From Podarcis filfolensis (Eukaryota), in the NCBI GenBank assembly GCA_964270895.1, contig OZ185436.1: a stretch of DNA of 64,000 bases. One strand, given 5' to 3'. The number at the start of each line of letters is the position of its first letter. Position 1 is the stretch's first letter. This document shows, piece after piece, positions 49,989 to 63,346 of this stretch. The notes beneath the pieces were generated by a model. It saw only the letters and a list, made by a program, of their open reading frames with translations. It had not been told where the DNA came from and made no database searches. A program made the translations under genes and the position numbers.

Positions 49989-52900
49989 CTCCAGGCCTTC
50001 ACATTTGGCCTGCAAGGTCACCTCAGGCAATTTACAAACACCTGCCCTACAACTGACATCGTGTATCAGGTGTGGGGAACAACAACTTCCATAATCTCTG
50101 GCCATTGGCCATGCTTGCTAGAGCTTCTGGGAGTTGTAGTTCGGCAACATCTGGAGGGCCAAAGATTCCCCCCACTTCATGTATGCACGTGAAACTCTTT
50201 TGCAACACTTCTGAAGCTGGTTGTTTGGGAAGCACTGCGCAAGGAGCTTTGACAGGTGGCAGTCACCTGATGTGGTTGGTTGGGACACCAGATGATTGAC
50301 AGGTGTGTTGGCCCATAGGGATGGGGGTGGGGTGGGGAGTAAAGGGTTTGGCCCATTGGGTCAAAAAGGTTCCCTATGCCTGCCCTAGGCTATTCCCCTC
50401 TGTTGGAAATCACTGCTATGTGTATTTTGGAATATTGTAGCATGTGGAGGCTTTTGGGAAACCTCCCCCCCCTTGAGAGGCACTTGGAGGGAGGTGGGGT
50501 TTGCAAGGAAAAGGAAGAGGTTCATGATTCATTTCAACTGACATGCATGTGATTATTTGACGAACTAAGCTACTTGTGAGGGAGCTGAAGTTTCTGTATC
50601 TTTCCCAGAAAGTCTGAGTTTTCCCTGAGCTCCCTGGATGGTAGACTAGGTAAAAGAACCTATGTGTAAGAACAGCTGCTAAAGTTGATTCATAGAATAT
50701 TGGCTACTTACTTACGTGCGTTTCTTACCTCCCTGGAACAGAAGGCTTATTGGTAGCAGATGAATACACCGCCATTTGGATGAGTTTCTGCATTTAGATG
50801 TCTCTGTCTGGATCAACACAGCAGGAAAGGTGACTGACACTTTGGCTAGCCTGAACGTGGCAACAGCCTGCCCTTTTCTCTCAGCCCCAAATGTATTTCG
50901 GAGATAATGTCCACTGGGAAAGCCAATCCTGAACATGGTTGGCTAACCAGAAACAATTATGAGGGGCTGACAGTGACATACCTGGAACTGGATAGCAAAA
51001 ACCAAACCAGGGTTTGGAAAGTAGCAAAAACGCTCATTGTTAAAGTGGGGAGGGTGTGTTTGGAGAAAGGGCTGTGCTTTGTTGCATTGCCCTGCAGAAT
51101 CGCAGCCTGTGGAGCTCAGGCCAGCCAGTATTAGAAGTAGGGGCAGGTTTTGTTACAGTGTCTCTGATTGCAGTGGGAGCATAGCTCAATGACAGAGTAC
51201 TCATAGGTTCAATCCAGTTAAAATGGCAGCAGACGAGTCAAAAAGGCCTCTCAGGTGATGTGAAAGACCTCTGTCTGAGACCCCGGAGGGTTGTGGCCAA
51301 TAGGAGTAGACAGTACTAAACTAGATGGACAAACAGCCCCAGTGCTCTTTCCCCCCCTCTATAGGAAAAGGAATGAATGGCAACCACAATTTTTATATGG
51401 GGGAATGTAAATGAGTGTGCTCATGGACTTTATAGAATGCTTGTGGACACCATAGAGCAGGAGCTGGGAACCACTTTTGTCCAGCATGGCCGGATCAAAA
51501 ATTAGCCATCCTTCTGCAGGTCCATCTATCTGTCAATTGCCTGATACCATATAACATCAGGTAGATCTGAGCCTGCTAGAAAGCAGCAGGGCTTGCATTC
51601 ATTGCTGGATTGGAACAATATCCTATCAAAGGAATAATTAGCATCACACCCTAAGCTGTGCACTGCCATTTGCTCCTTGGCAACTGCAGATGTCCCACAC
51701 CTGGTGTCAAGTCAGTGACATCAGGGGTGATGCAACCAAAAAGCTGGGTGATGCAGGCTGGATTGGCTGGCCTGGCAGACCTGATTTGGCTTGTGGCTAA
51801 AGATATTGGGGCTGAGCCCCTGGCTAAAGATATAGGGGCTGAACTTGTTCTTTGTCTTTGCTGAGCCCATCAGAACCCAGCTTGCTTCTATTCTGCACCA
51901 GCCCATCTCTTCAGCTGCATTGCATTGCCCTAGGTTCAGAAGCAAATAAGGGCCTCTCACACCACACACTGAAAGAATATGTAGATCACAGGGCCACATG
52001 GACCCAAACCCCAGTCATCAATGACCTCTGGGGACCATGCCCCTGGCCTTTGGCATGTTTGAAGCACATCACAGGAAGATCTCTGTGAGTACCAATGTTT
52101 GTCTGTAGAGCTCCTCCACACAAGAGGGCAATTCTGATTGGGCTAGAGCAGAATTTGCCCTTTCTGCAAATGCAGTACTTAATTTTTCTCCACAGGAGTG
52201 AATGGCAACCATTACCTTATATGGTAGAAAGGAAATCCTATGTACTTGTGATGACACCACTGGAGTGGAACCTAAATTTGTTCCCTGTCCCCGTTGACCC
52301 CAGCTGTTTGAAAAGCAAGCCTATTCCTTTCTGCATAGCCTTTTCTCTTTTCTTCATAGCACCATTTCTTCCAGCCAATTCTGACAATATCAATTTGGCC
52401 TGTTGCAGGGAGCAATGCGATGTCCCAGCCAACACTGTTCCTGCATCTCCATGTCAAGGCAGTGCATCCAAATCACAGCATAGCTTACCGGTTCTCTAAT
52501 GTGATAAAAGCATATTGCGGCTCTTGGCACAATCATAGCTTCCAGTAAATGTTCTCCTGCTCTGAGCTAGCTTTCTCCTCTAGTCACTAAGCAGTAGGTG
52601 TTCCAGCAATAGCCTATGACTTATCAGGCAACTTGTGGGAGCGGGAAGAGATATTTTAATGTTAGTTTATCTTCCCTGGATCTTTGGGCTGGATAAAATT
52701 TGGGGCGTCTGCATTTCTCCTTCACAAATACATCTTGCAAGCTCAGCTTTTGCCGCTGTGCAGCTGGGAGCAGAGGCCTTTTTCTAAAAACCGCCCAAGG
52801 CGGAAAGTCAAAGACAGCTTTTAAGGCAGGATAAAGTATTTCATGACTGTATAATCCCACAGTAGCCTGGAGGTTTAGAGTTGTTTTGTACTGCTTTTGA

Positions 52901-55900
52901 TGTAGAGCTTATAAAGAGATGCTGCCTTCTCAATGAATGCTCCAGTAGCTTATGAGCTGTTTCTACAGAAAACTCTTATGCTTTAACGCCTCGATGCAAG
53001 CAAACATGTACTGGTCTGCAGTGCTGCTGCTGCTTCCTCCAGTGAAGAGTGTGCATTGACAATGGGCACTGTCTTGCCTGGTTCAGGGCACAGAATGTCA
53101 TGTGTGAATGACGTGAAGGTGAACTCATGTAGAATCACAGACACACTGGCTTAAGGGTGTCCAGAAAATTCTTGCCCAGTGACTTGTAAATTTTCAGACA
53201 CATAAGCGATGTAAGGGTGTTTATACACGATAGATACAAACTGGTTTAGAGAGTTATTTCTTCTGCTTGGAATTGTAGTTCTGTGAAGAGGTGCAGAGAT
53301 CTTTAACACATAATTTTTACAAATTACAATTTGCAGTTTTGAGTTGAACTGGTACAAAACCAATGCCTGTAATAAAGATATAACCACACTTACATAGAGG
53401 TGGTCTGTTACACACACACACACACACAGGTGAGAAGCATCCTTCCATTTTCCACACGCTCTAATCAAATTTTTAAAAGATGCTGCAAGTCTTTGGTGAT
53501 CTTGACTTCTAATGAATCGAGCCCGGGTAAATGCTGCCCTTTCTCAGTGATGTTTGTGTTGCCGAAGTGCAAAAATGCTGGAACTCAGTAGAGAGCCATT
53601 TTAACAAATGGCTTTTCTAGTTTTCCTGCCTTGCATAATAATGGATCAAGCCCCATTTACTTAGTTGTAGAGGGCACACTCATTTGTGAAGAGGCAGAAC
53701 TAGACTGGTTGACTTTTTCCCCAAACCTCATGGCTCTTTTTAATTCCCCACGACCCCCTTCCCCAATTCCACTGCCTTTCCCCCTTTTCCTATTCCGCTA
53801 CAGTCATCTGGGGATGCCTTAGTAAACACAGGGCGCACTCTCTCACATAATCAGTTACTGCTTCTGCTGATGCTGATTGGAGTTTGTGTCTAATCCATCA
53901 AATGTGATTCATTTATTAGATGAAACAACATTTGCATTATTCATTCAGGCTGCAATGAATTTGCAGGATTTGACACAGAATCTGTTATTGCCCCTATTTC
54001 TAAAACCATTAGCACAAAGGTTAATCTAGTTGTGCCTTTTCTTTGGCATATGTTAAGGGGGCATCAATGAAATAACCAGCCATTGAGAATCTGGCACTCC
54101 AGACTCAAATTCATTAGGTTTCAGTGGTATTTAAAGGCACATGCCTATTTTCCTTCTCATATTATTCTGTTCGTATTTGCCATATTTTTGTATTTTTAAA
54201 TGATCTGTTAATGGATCGTTCAAAACTTGCTGGTTTTCCATTTACATGTGCATATAAATAGAAATGTTACATGTGAACCCACAGATTTGTAACTTTGGAA
54301 ATCTTTAATATGGGTACAGCATCACAGTGGTTCTTGTACCATGTCAGTGCTAGTTTAGTAAAGACAATACATGCTTGCTTAACTGGGGGAAGTAGTAAGC
54401 ACCAACAAATATTGAGCTACATACAGACAAAATGTCTACACAAAATGGCAGACAATGGGCAAAATGGCTCTAAGGTTTGAAGTGCCAGTTGCAAAGCTGC
54501 AGAAGAGAAAAATGGTTAGTTGCTGCAGAGTTGTTACACAGGTGACCCAAATTCACATTGTCTGGACTAAGAGCTTTTGTACCTTGAATGGTTGCTAACG
54601 CAAAGATAAGTTACTACGGAGAGAGTTACTATGCAGTAACCAGACTGTATTCAGTTACTCTTTACAGGACATCAGCATGCCATCACAAACAAAGATCTCC
54701 TCTCATGTTTTTCTTGTTCAGCATCCTTCTTACGCCAACTCAGATTTTTTAAAATTGAATTAAATAGCTGTGCAATTTCCCTAGGTATAGATGGCCTATC
54801 AAACTGTTGTTCTGGCATGTATAGATTGCTCCACACATTTCCTTTTCCTGTATTCTCTCTTTCCTCTTTAGGGACTGACTCTACCACTTTAACCCTTCCA
54901 TTTCTAAATAGTTTTGTCTCCTCCCCCTTTCCCCCCACCTCCAAATTGTAGTGGAGTGGGGTGAAGGATCATGATCAGGATTGCAGCAAGGGAGGGAGGG
55001 AGTATTTTACAATCCCTCACTCATACAATGGCCCCAATGAATACCTTCCTCTGATTTTGGAGGCAGGGGAGGAGTATTTGCCCATTTGGCTACAGAGTGT
55101 TCGAAGTTTATAAGCAGAACAGCAATGACAGTAATCTTCATCCCTTGCAGATGCGTGAAATTAGCTTTGCTTATACTTTTCTTGGCACCTTTGGTGTTTT
55201 TTTTTTTTTGCTTCTTCTCCATGTCCATGCTGATTGGTTAGTATATTGTCAATATGGAATAAGTCCTGACCATCTTTGGTGGCAAGCCACTTTTTATTGT
55301 GTTAGTTGAGCAAAGCTTTCTTTCTGCTGGAGCAAACCCACCATAATTGCCAAAACTACTAAAGGGTAAAACAGGAGCTCCTTTCAATCACATCGAATGG
55401 AATTAGTGCACCATCCACCTTAACCACAAAAAGGAAACTTAGATCCAAGTGCAGCTTTTGGAGGCCCCTGTGAGGACCAGTGTCTCAAAACTAATTTTGC
55501 CATCTGTGACACATCCTACATATGTGTAAACATATGTGTGGTTTGCTTGCAGCCTGAACAACACACACACACTCAACTTTGCATCAATTAGAAAATGTCA
55601 TATTTGTTCAAAGAGTGCAGCATTGGCACTCAGTGGGTTAACAAGGCTAGGGAGGCAGCTGGTGCTTTCATACAGCAGCACTGAATCAAGCAACACAGTT
55701 TCCAGGAAGATGAATATCCGTTACCAAGTAGCGCAGCAGAGCCCAAAGCCTGTTCAAAAGGTTTTTATTATTTTGTATTATTTTTGATGGTGTGGTTTTA
55801 TTACTTTCAATGAACTGGAGTCTCAAAGGTGCCAGCGAATAAGGGATGCTGTAAAGCTGCACCTTGTAGGTTTGTTTCAAGATGCATCTGTCAGCGCTGA

Positions 55901-56426
55901 AAGAGATGAAAGGGGAAACTGCTTAGCAATGACCCCAGAGCCCAAACCCAGCTCAAGTGTTCCATGGGGCCTTGGCTGAAACAAAAGGAAGATCTGAACA
56001 GCTTGCACTGGGACAGTATGGCGAGGATGAAAATTGCACAATTCATACTCTCCACTGGGAATAGAAATCCATTTCCCAGATAGAGCATGTGACATGTATT
56101 ATGCACTTTTAAAAATGCCTTGCAAATATGCACAGACCTACAGACCCATGCAGTGTGAAAGAGGGGGCTGTGGGAACATATTTCTATCCATGGGTACCCA
56201 GAGACTTTTATCATCAGCCACGAGAGAAACAAAAGTAGTCAGAACTCGGTGAAAGGGCTGTTGGTTTTACACATTATCCTGCAGGCTACGGCTCTCATGC
56301 TAAAATTAAGCAATAAAACCAATGCAAAAATCTAAATAGGGACAGGGGACTCGTGGCCCTGCAGATGAAGTTGGACTACAGCTCCCGCCAGTAATCAGAA
56401 ACGATGGGAGTTATAGTCCAGCAATA

Positions 56427-56651
56427 CAGTGGTACCTCTGGTTATGAATGCTTATGGTTATGCATGCTTTAAGTTACAAGCTCCACTAACCCAGAAGTAG
56501 TTGCCCCCAGTTGTGAACTTTGCCCCGGGATGTGAGTGAAAGTCTCACATCAGAGGCGTGCTTTCGCTAAATGGCACCTCAGGATAAGAACGATTTCAAC
56601 CTAAGAACGGACCTCCGGAACGAATTAAGTTTGTAACCAGAGGTACCACTG
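56427..56651. mobile_element. Tc1/mariner MITE, family B, nested in hAT MITE
   Basis: TA-cagtggtacctc ... gaggtaccactg-TA; host MITE continues on both sides. Confidence 0.88.
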
Positions 56652-56789
56652 TATCTGGAGGGCCACATCCTAGCAAGAAAACAAGCAAACAAAAAGCAAA
56701 ACAAAAAACCAGCAGGAGCTATTCACAACTGAAGACACCCAGATTACCTTCTGAATGAAATTGGGCTTCTGATGTAGAAACTGAGGCCA

Positions 56790-56940
56790 GAGCAGGGGTG
56801 CCAAATTGAATAATTTATTGGGGAGAGAGCAGATAAGCCCTGCCCTGCAATGCCCATCAACTTGGGGGGGACTGGCCCCCTAAAATATTTCATTGGGGGA
56901 GTGAAGGGACCTCATCTCCTAGGAGTTAGCTCCTATGGGC
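56790..56940. mobile_element. Non-autonomous DNA element; inverted relative at 62056-62228
   Basis: Shared caggggtgccaa, aagttgatgggcattg and ggagttagctcctatg blocks in opposite orientation. Confidence 0.6.
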
Positions 56941-58304
56941 CAGAGATAACTTGGTTTCCTTACACACATGGAACGCACACATTTTTTCACACACTCACAC
57001 CCTTGCTTGCTGAAGTAATGCAATCTTAGGAGCAGAGGACAACATACTATTTTTCTTTAATGTGGAGATAAGCCCTTCATCATCAAAGTGGTTGAGGAAA
57101 ATAAAAGGAATTATGAGTGGTTGCCTGGAAACTGTGCAAGCATTTCCCCATTCTGTAATAATCTGGAAGAAATAAACAGGAAATGGATTAGCTAGCAGCT
57201 ACCTGTGCGATTCTTCAAATCCTCATCTTGCCCCCTGCCAACTCCCAATTATTAAGCTTCCTGGAAGCACCAAGGCAGGTGTAAAGCTCCCGTGACAATG
57301 ACTGCTGCTATTCTTGTCTGAAGAGACTGAAGATAACCTGGGATAGGGGTTTCTTTGTGAGCCAGCTGGCAATTCTTCTTGGAAGAGTTGAATCCGGGGC
57401 CTGCCAGTTGCTAACCACTGTGTAAATAATAGCATGCATTCTGATATGGTTAGAGTTCATAATTCATAGCAAACAAGCCATGATCTGAGATAGTAAAGAA
57501 AGATGTGTGGTTTACATGCTCTGAGATTACTTGCCTGGGTAAGCAAGAATTGTTGATTCAGGATAATATGACTGAATCAATAATCTTCATTAACTCTGAT
57601 CACGCCAACCTGTAGATCTAAAGCTGAAGGGTTGCTTTTGTTACAGCAAGGTTAGAGTTCCCCTAAACATACCTGTTAAGTTCCCATTTTATCTACTATT
57701 GTTTTCTGGGTTTTGGAATAGATGAAAACAGGAGAAACAGCAAAGAATAATCTCAAGACACATGCTTTAGAGCTGTCAGTCCAAGTTACCTTTGTGAGAT
57801 CGAAGTTGATAAGGTTCCCTCTCAGACAGGAAGCTTGAGATGAAATTCCCAAAGTCAGGCAGCAAATTAGTTGCAGAGCTCAAAGCACACTCCATGTCTT
57901 CTGAACCTCTGTGATGTATCTCAACCACCAAAATAGTCATTTTCTTCAATTTCAAAACAGGGCTCACAATGCTAAACCTGCTGGGGCAAGTTGACTCAAA
58001 TTCATATCTCTGGAATTAAATTAAGACTCAGTATCGTTCCAAGCCCTGGAGCTTGATGTGAATGCACCAACCACAAGATGCAACTTGTATCAGAGGGTGC
58101 TTCCAGACAGTCACTCTTTAGGGATGGGATTCAGCCACATGCCAGGAAATTCTGGCTGCACAATTAAAGCTGAGGTGGAGCTCTTGTGAAACCAACTCAC
58201 TTCCCCAAACTTGCTTCACCTTCTCCGGTAGTAAGCACAATCTTCACTACCCACATATGTGACTGTAACATCTTGTAGTTTCCTGGTATGCAGCTTAGAA
58301 CTCC

Positions 58305-58590
58305 CAGCATAGTGTGGTGGTTAAGAGCGGTAGTCTCGTAATCTGGTGAACCGGGTTCGCTTCCTTGCTCCTCCACGTGCAGCTGCTGGGTGACCTTGGG
58401 CTAGTTACACTTCTTTGAAGTCTCTCAGCCCCACTCACCTCACAGAGTGTTTGTTGTGGGGGAGGAAGGGAAAGGAGATTGTTAGCCGCTTTGAGACTCC
58501 TTAAGGGGAGTGAAAGGCGGGATATCAACTCCAAACTCCTCCTCCTCCTCCTCTTCTTCTTCTTCATCTTCGTCTTTGTCTTCTTCTTCC
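58305..58590 (+). mobile_element. Squam3-like SINE with (CCT)n/(CTT)n tail
   Basis: Same family; expanded pyrimidine triplet tail. Confidence 0.88.
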
Positions 58591-59277
58591 TCTGAATAGT
58601 CCTTAACTGTAAACTAGCATGGGGATGCCCCTCCAGGTTCCATAGACTACTTTTGGTGAGCCGGATCCAGATTTTAGGTTTTAAAGTACTTCTGTTGCTG
58701 CTGTAATAACATTAACTCTGGGACTGCTGCTGAGTTCTTTCAAGTTGGGATTCAAATCATGCATGTGTTTTCTAAGACAATCTCTAGTGTGAACCTTGGA
58801 GATGCATACACATTCTGGCTGTGCATATTTCCTCCTTCCTGCCTGGTGAACAAATTACTCATTGCAACTTGATAAATGAAGGAATTGTGTAAACCCTCTT
58901 TATAGTTTACAGTTTTTCCGACTGCTTCGGTGCCATATGCTATAAATTCATGAAGCCAGTGTAGCGTGTAACAGGTTTTGTTTGTTTGTTTGTAAATGTT
59001 ATTTATATAGTAATCCCTGCATCTGTATCCGCCTGGGTATGATATATGTATGCCCATGTATATATGGCTGCATTTCAAAGGCATTCTCAGCAGATTCTTT
59101 CAGTGCCGTGCATCAAAGCCTAACAGGGTTGGATGGGAAGCATTTTTGCTCGACATCAGAGCCACTTAACACTGTAAGAGAACTAAAGAATTTTAATCAC
59201 CAGTGACCAGAATGGTAAAGAATTAAGTATTGCAACTTCTGGGTCCCCATTCATAACAAATAGTCAAATATATCTGT

Positions 59278-59282
<5 letters not shown>

Positions 59283-59334
<52 letters not shown>
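59283..59334. repeat. (AG)n microsatellite
   Basis: Direct reading. Confidence 0.92.
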
Positions 59335-59336
<2 letters not shown>

Positions 59337-60289
59337 TTTACATGCCAGGATTGAATAATCTAAATTGGGAAAAGCTATAGTTAATTTCAGCAAGATGAGA
59401 TGAACTTAGATGCATCAAAAGGATACTGGAAAGGGACCTTTTATAAAATGAGGCTACGAAGAGGAGCTGGAACAGTCTACACCTGGATTCATAGGAAGCT
59501 GGTGTGCTCAAGAGAACAGAACTGGATTTGGACTTTGCAGTTCTGGTTTCTTACCATTGGCTCTCATGGTAATGTCGCACAGATTTGGTTTCCCATCTGC
59601 AAAATTGGGGGTGTGTGTGATCAAAATTATGTTCTGGTATATGTAATATATCAAAATAGTGATTATGCAGCCAATCCTTTCGGGTTATACTGTTTGTTTT
59701 TGTACAAACTATGGGATGTCCAAAGCATCTCAACCCAAATTTGCTTACAGCATTGGTATCTCACCTTGCTTCTTCTCCAGGTAAGACGTTCCACAGAACA
59801 GGGGCTGCCACGCTTAAGGTTCTGCCCCTAGTGATGGCCAGACTTCAGGGGTGTGGGGAACCACTGGAAGCGCTCCATCAGAGAATCTCAGTGATCAAGG
59901 TGGAGTATAAGGAATCAGGTAGCCCTCTTGGGCTCAGGTTGTTTAGGGCTTTGCGAATTAATGCAATCTGGCTGCTGCATTCTGGACCAGTTGAAGCTTC
60001 AGGACCAGATACTAGTACAGCCCCACATAAAGTGCATGGCAGTAATCAGACCAATACATGGTCCAATGTGGTCAGGCTGCCATGGTCTATGAATGACTGT
60101 AGCTGGTGTGCTGGTAAAAAGCATTCCTGGTCACAGGGGTGATCCTGTTGCTGCCTCCCCCTCTCCTTCCAACAGCAGTGACGCAGCCTTCTGCTACTGG
60201 GGCCACCAGAAGGCATTTTGGGGAAGTCTCTGCTTTCCCCCAGAAGCCCAGAGCCAGCCTTGTTAGTACTACTGTAAGTTCAACATGCA

Positions 60290-60795
60290 CACACTTTTTT
60301 TTTTATTGCTTTATTGAACTTTAAAAAGGAAAAAAATAACATAAAATCAAAGTTATCCACAACAAATAAACATTAAAAAATTGTCAATATCCATTACACT
60401 TTATCACAGTCTTCTTTTAGTTCCGTTGACTTCCCGCCAATTCCATCTAGCTTTGAACGTTTATTTATCTAGCACACTATTTGTATCTATTTTAAATAAT
60501 CGCTTAGCTAAGATATTGTACTTTCTTAGTCCTGTTCAATGTATAACAGAAGTTATTCAAAAGCTGCCACAGATTTTATGTTGTTGTCATATTTTATATA
60601 ATTTTAAAATAAACCCCATTTATTAAAAAATGCTTGATCTGCATGGTCTCTTATTCTTCCTGATATTTTGGCCAGTTCTGCATACTCCATTAGTTTTTGT
60701 TGCCACTCCAATTTTGTTGGTACCTTTTCTCCTTTCCAATTTGACGCTATTAAAATTCTTGCAGCCATTGTCGCATATAAACCAACACAAAAAAA
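60290..60795 (-). mobile_element. L1-clade LINE 3' fragment
   Basis: ORF2 C-terminus YATMAARILIASNWKGEKVPTKLEWQQKLMEYAELAKISGRIR...KW; A-rich tail at left. Confidence 0.8.
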
Positions 60796-61480
60796 ATGAT
60801 GATTGGGAAAACTGGAGAAAGACGATGCAAAAGCCACAGTCTGCTTTGCGAAGCCTCTTATGGCACCCTACTGCTCAATTCAACAAACCATTTTACATTT
60901 ATTTACTGTCTCCCTAGTTCATAAATGCCAGCTTTCCTTTATCAACTGTGCTTCATTGCTGATCTCTCTAGCAACAGATAACTGTGGTGAAGCCAGGCAC
61001 ATATTATGGAGACAAGAATGGTCCAGATGTTGTTGGTCATGAGATCGGATCACGTAAAACAGGAAGCATGTGTAAGATAATTACAAATTGACTGATTTTC
61101 AACCCCCCCACACTGTTTCCAGATGCAGTTGCTATCCTGTGATGCTCTGAAAATGGAAAAAAGAATTTGCTGCATCCTCTTATTTTGAACAAAAGCGGAA
61201 TATGCAAAAATAAGTACAGAAACTATACAAATAAATATAAAAATTGCAAAATATGCATACGCTCATATATAGAAAAGTATATAAATGCTCCCAAACTGCA
61301 AATGTTAGGCATGGTCCTGTGGTGGTTTTCTAGACACAGAGCAATACTAGGTTAAAACAGATATTATGGACATGACCCTTCCTTGCATGAGCACATAATA
61401 TGATGGCACTGACAGATCTCCACAGTGTTGGGATGAGGAACTTGTAGCTCTCCAGATGTCATTGGACACCAGTGCCCATC

Positions 61481-61970
61481 TGTGGTGATCACACAGGGCC
61501 CCCTGACGTTTGACGGTCTATTGACCCTGTGCCACCACTGTGATTGCTTTCTTTGCTGCCACCAACCCATTTCTCCTCACGGGTAATCATGGAGTCCAGA
61601 CAGTTGTTAACATTAACAAATAATCACGTTTATTTATAGGCATGAACAAGCTTATGGTTTCAGTTAATTTTTCTTAGCAGTTTCTTAATCCTAGTTCCGT
61701 AACTGTTCTATGCGTTCCTAACAACTTCAAACTGATTATTCCAACTATCTATCTGACTCCACCTAACAATTCCTCTCACTCCCTCTCACACCACAACTCG
61801 ACCAACCCACAGACTTTTCCTCCCTCTTCCTTCTCCAACTCCCACCTCTCAACTAACTTTCACACAATACCGACTCTCACTCTAATTCCTCCTATCAGTT
61901 TCCACCGGCCAATCACATCACACTCATTTTAACCCTTTCCTTATGACCCACCTAGGAGGCAAACGCCACA
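61481..61970 (-). mobile_element. Solo LTR nested in hAT MITE
   Basis: TGTGG...CCACA ends; 5-bp TSD ccatc at 61476-61480 and 61971-61975; minus-strand AATAAA near 61630. Confidence 0.85.
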
Positions 61971-63346
61971 CCATCTTCCCTGACCAATGGGTGGGGTTGA
62001 TGGGAGTTGGAGTCTGACAACATCTGGAGTGGCACAGATTTCACGTCTGTCCAACAGACATAGGAGCTAACTCCTTGGCCCCCACAATAAAATATTTGAG
62101 GGGGCCGCCCCCCAAGTTGATGGGCATTGCCATTCAAATGGTGTGTGTGCACCCTGTCTTCTGGTCGATTATGCGGGGCAGGGCTTACCTGCCCCCCATC
62201 AATATTTTATTCAAGTTGGCACCCCTGTCCCCAAACAAATGAAAGCAACAACAAAAAATAATCACTACGCTCAATGTTGTGTCTGGGAAGTAAAAGCAAT
62301 TTTGTTTTTAAAAATCACTTGCTGTTTAGTTTAGATTTTAACTGACCTCTTAACGTGTTTCAGCTTTGGGATATTGTTATCACTGCTCTTGGGTTATTTG
62401 AGTGTTGGGGTGGGGAGGGTTTTACATGACTTTGATGTGATTTTTCATATTGATGTTGTGTGATTTTTGTCTTTAAACATTTGGCTGTTCATTGCCTCCA
62501 GCATTTTTATGGGAAAGGCATCTAGTTAATAGACTTGGCAGGGAATAAATAAATCAGTTTGTTTCTCTGGCTCCTCTTCTTCTGTAGGAATATTTAACAC
62601 TATTTCTTTTTTCTCTGTGTAGGAAACTACACTTGTAGCATCATTGCAAGACACTTATTACAGCCGATAATTTATATGGCAATTTAAAAATTATGATTTT
62701 TACCCATGCGTCTTCAGAATAACCATGGTGCAAGATCAAGCATTGCAATTTCTGTTTTACATGCTGGAAAATGATGCAATGTTATGTTTTATGCACAATT
62801 ATTCTTTGAGACTACAGTTGAGAAAGACGACAACCCCTTTGATCTAAGCCAGTTTGTTTGCTTCCTGGACCATCCTGCTTCTCAGTGAGTACAAATGCTC
62901 CACAGGCAACTGAAGTAAAAACATAACAGCGTTTATGTTGTGCACATATTACATGAATCAAAGACTTAATCTATGTCTTATGCAGAGTTCTGTGATCCTT
63001 TCCTCTACATTTTGTTTCCTTTTACTGCATCATGCTGAGCCATGGGCAGTGTGTATGGGATGGATGTTGGGAGGAAAGCAACCATGCTTGCAATACATTA
63101 CCTGAACCAGTTGGGGGCGATAGAAAGGCAACCCATTCTCCCCTCACTGATTCCTCTTTAATTAACCACTTGCTGGTGGAGCAGATCACTTCCGTTTAGA
63201 CTTTACTTCCTGCTTCTTCCCCAAGTTAGTTGGTCCAAGCCAGTATGAGTATGACACAGCATGTGCTGGTGCTAACTTCTTGGCTCCATCCTGGTCACAT
63301 GTCAGCCTGCACAGTACTTATAATGACTTTGTTTGCCATGTGTAAT

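Noticed and set aside
62623-62884. Exon-like segment on plus (tgtgtag ... ctca|gtgagt) with a Cys-rich CKIKHCNFCFTC stretch
   Set aside because: Stops in all three frames; resemblance to furin-like repeats is too short to trust.
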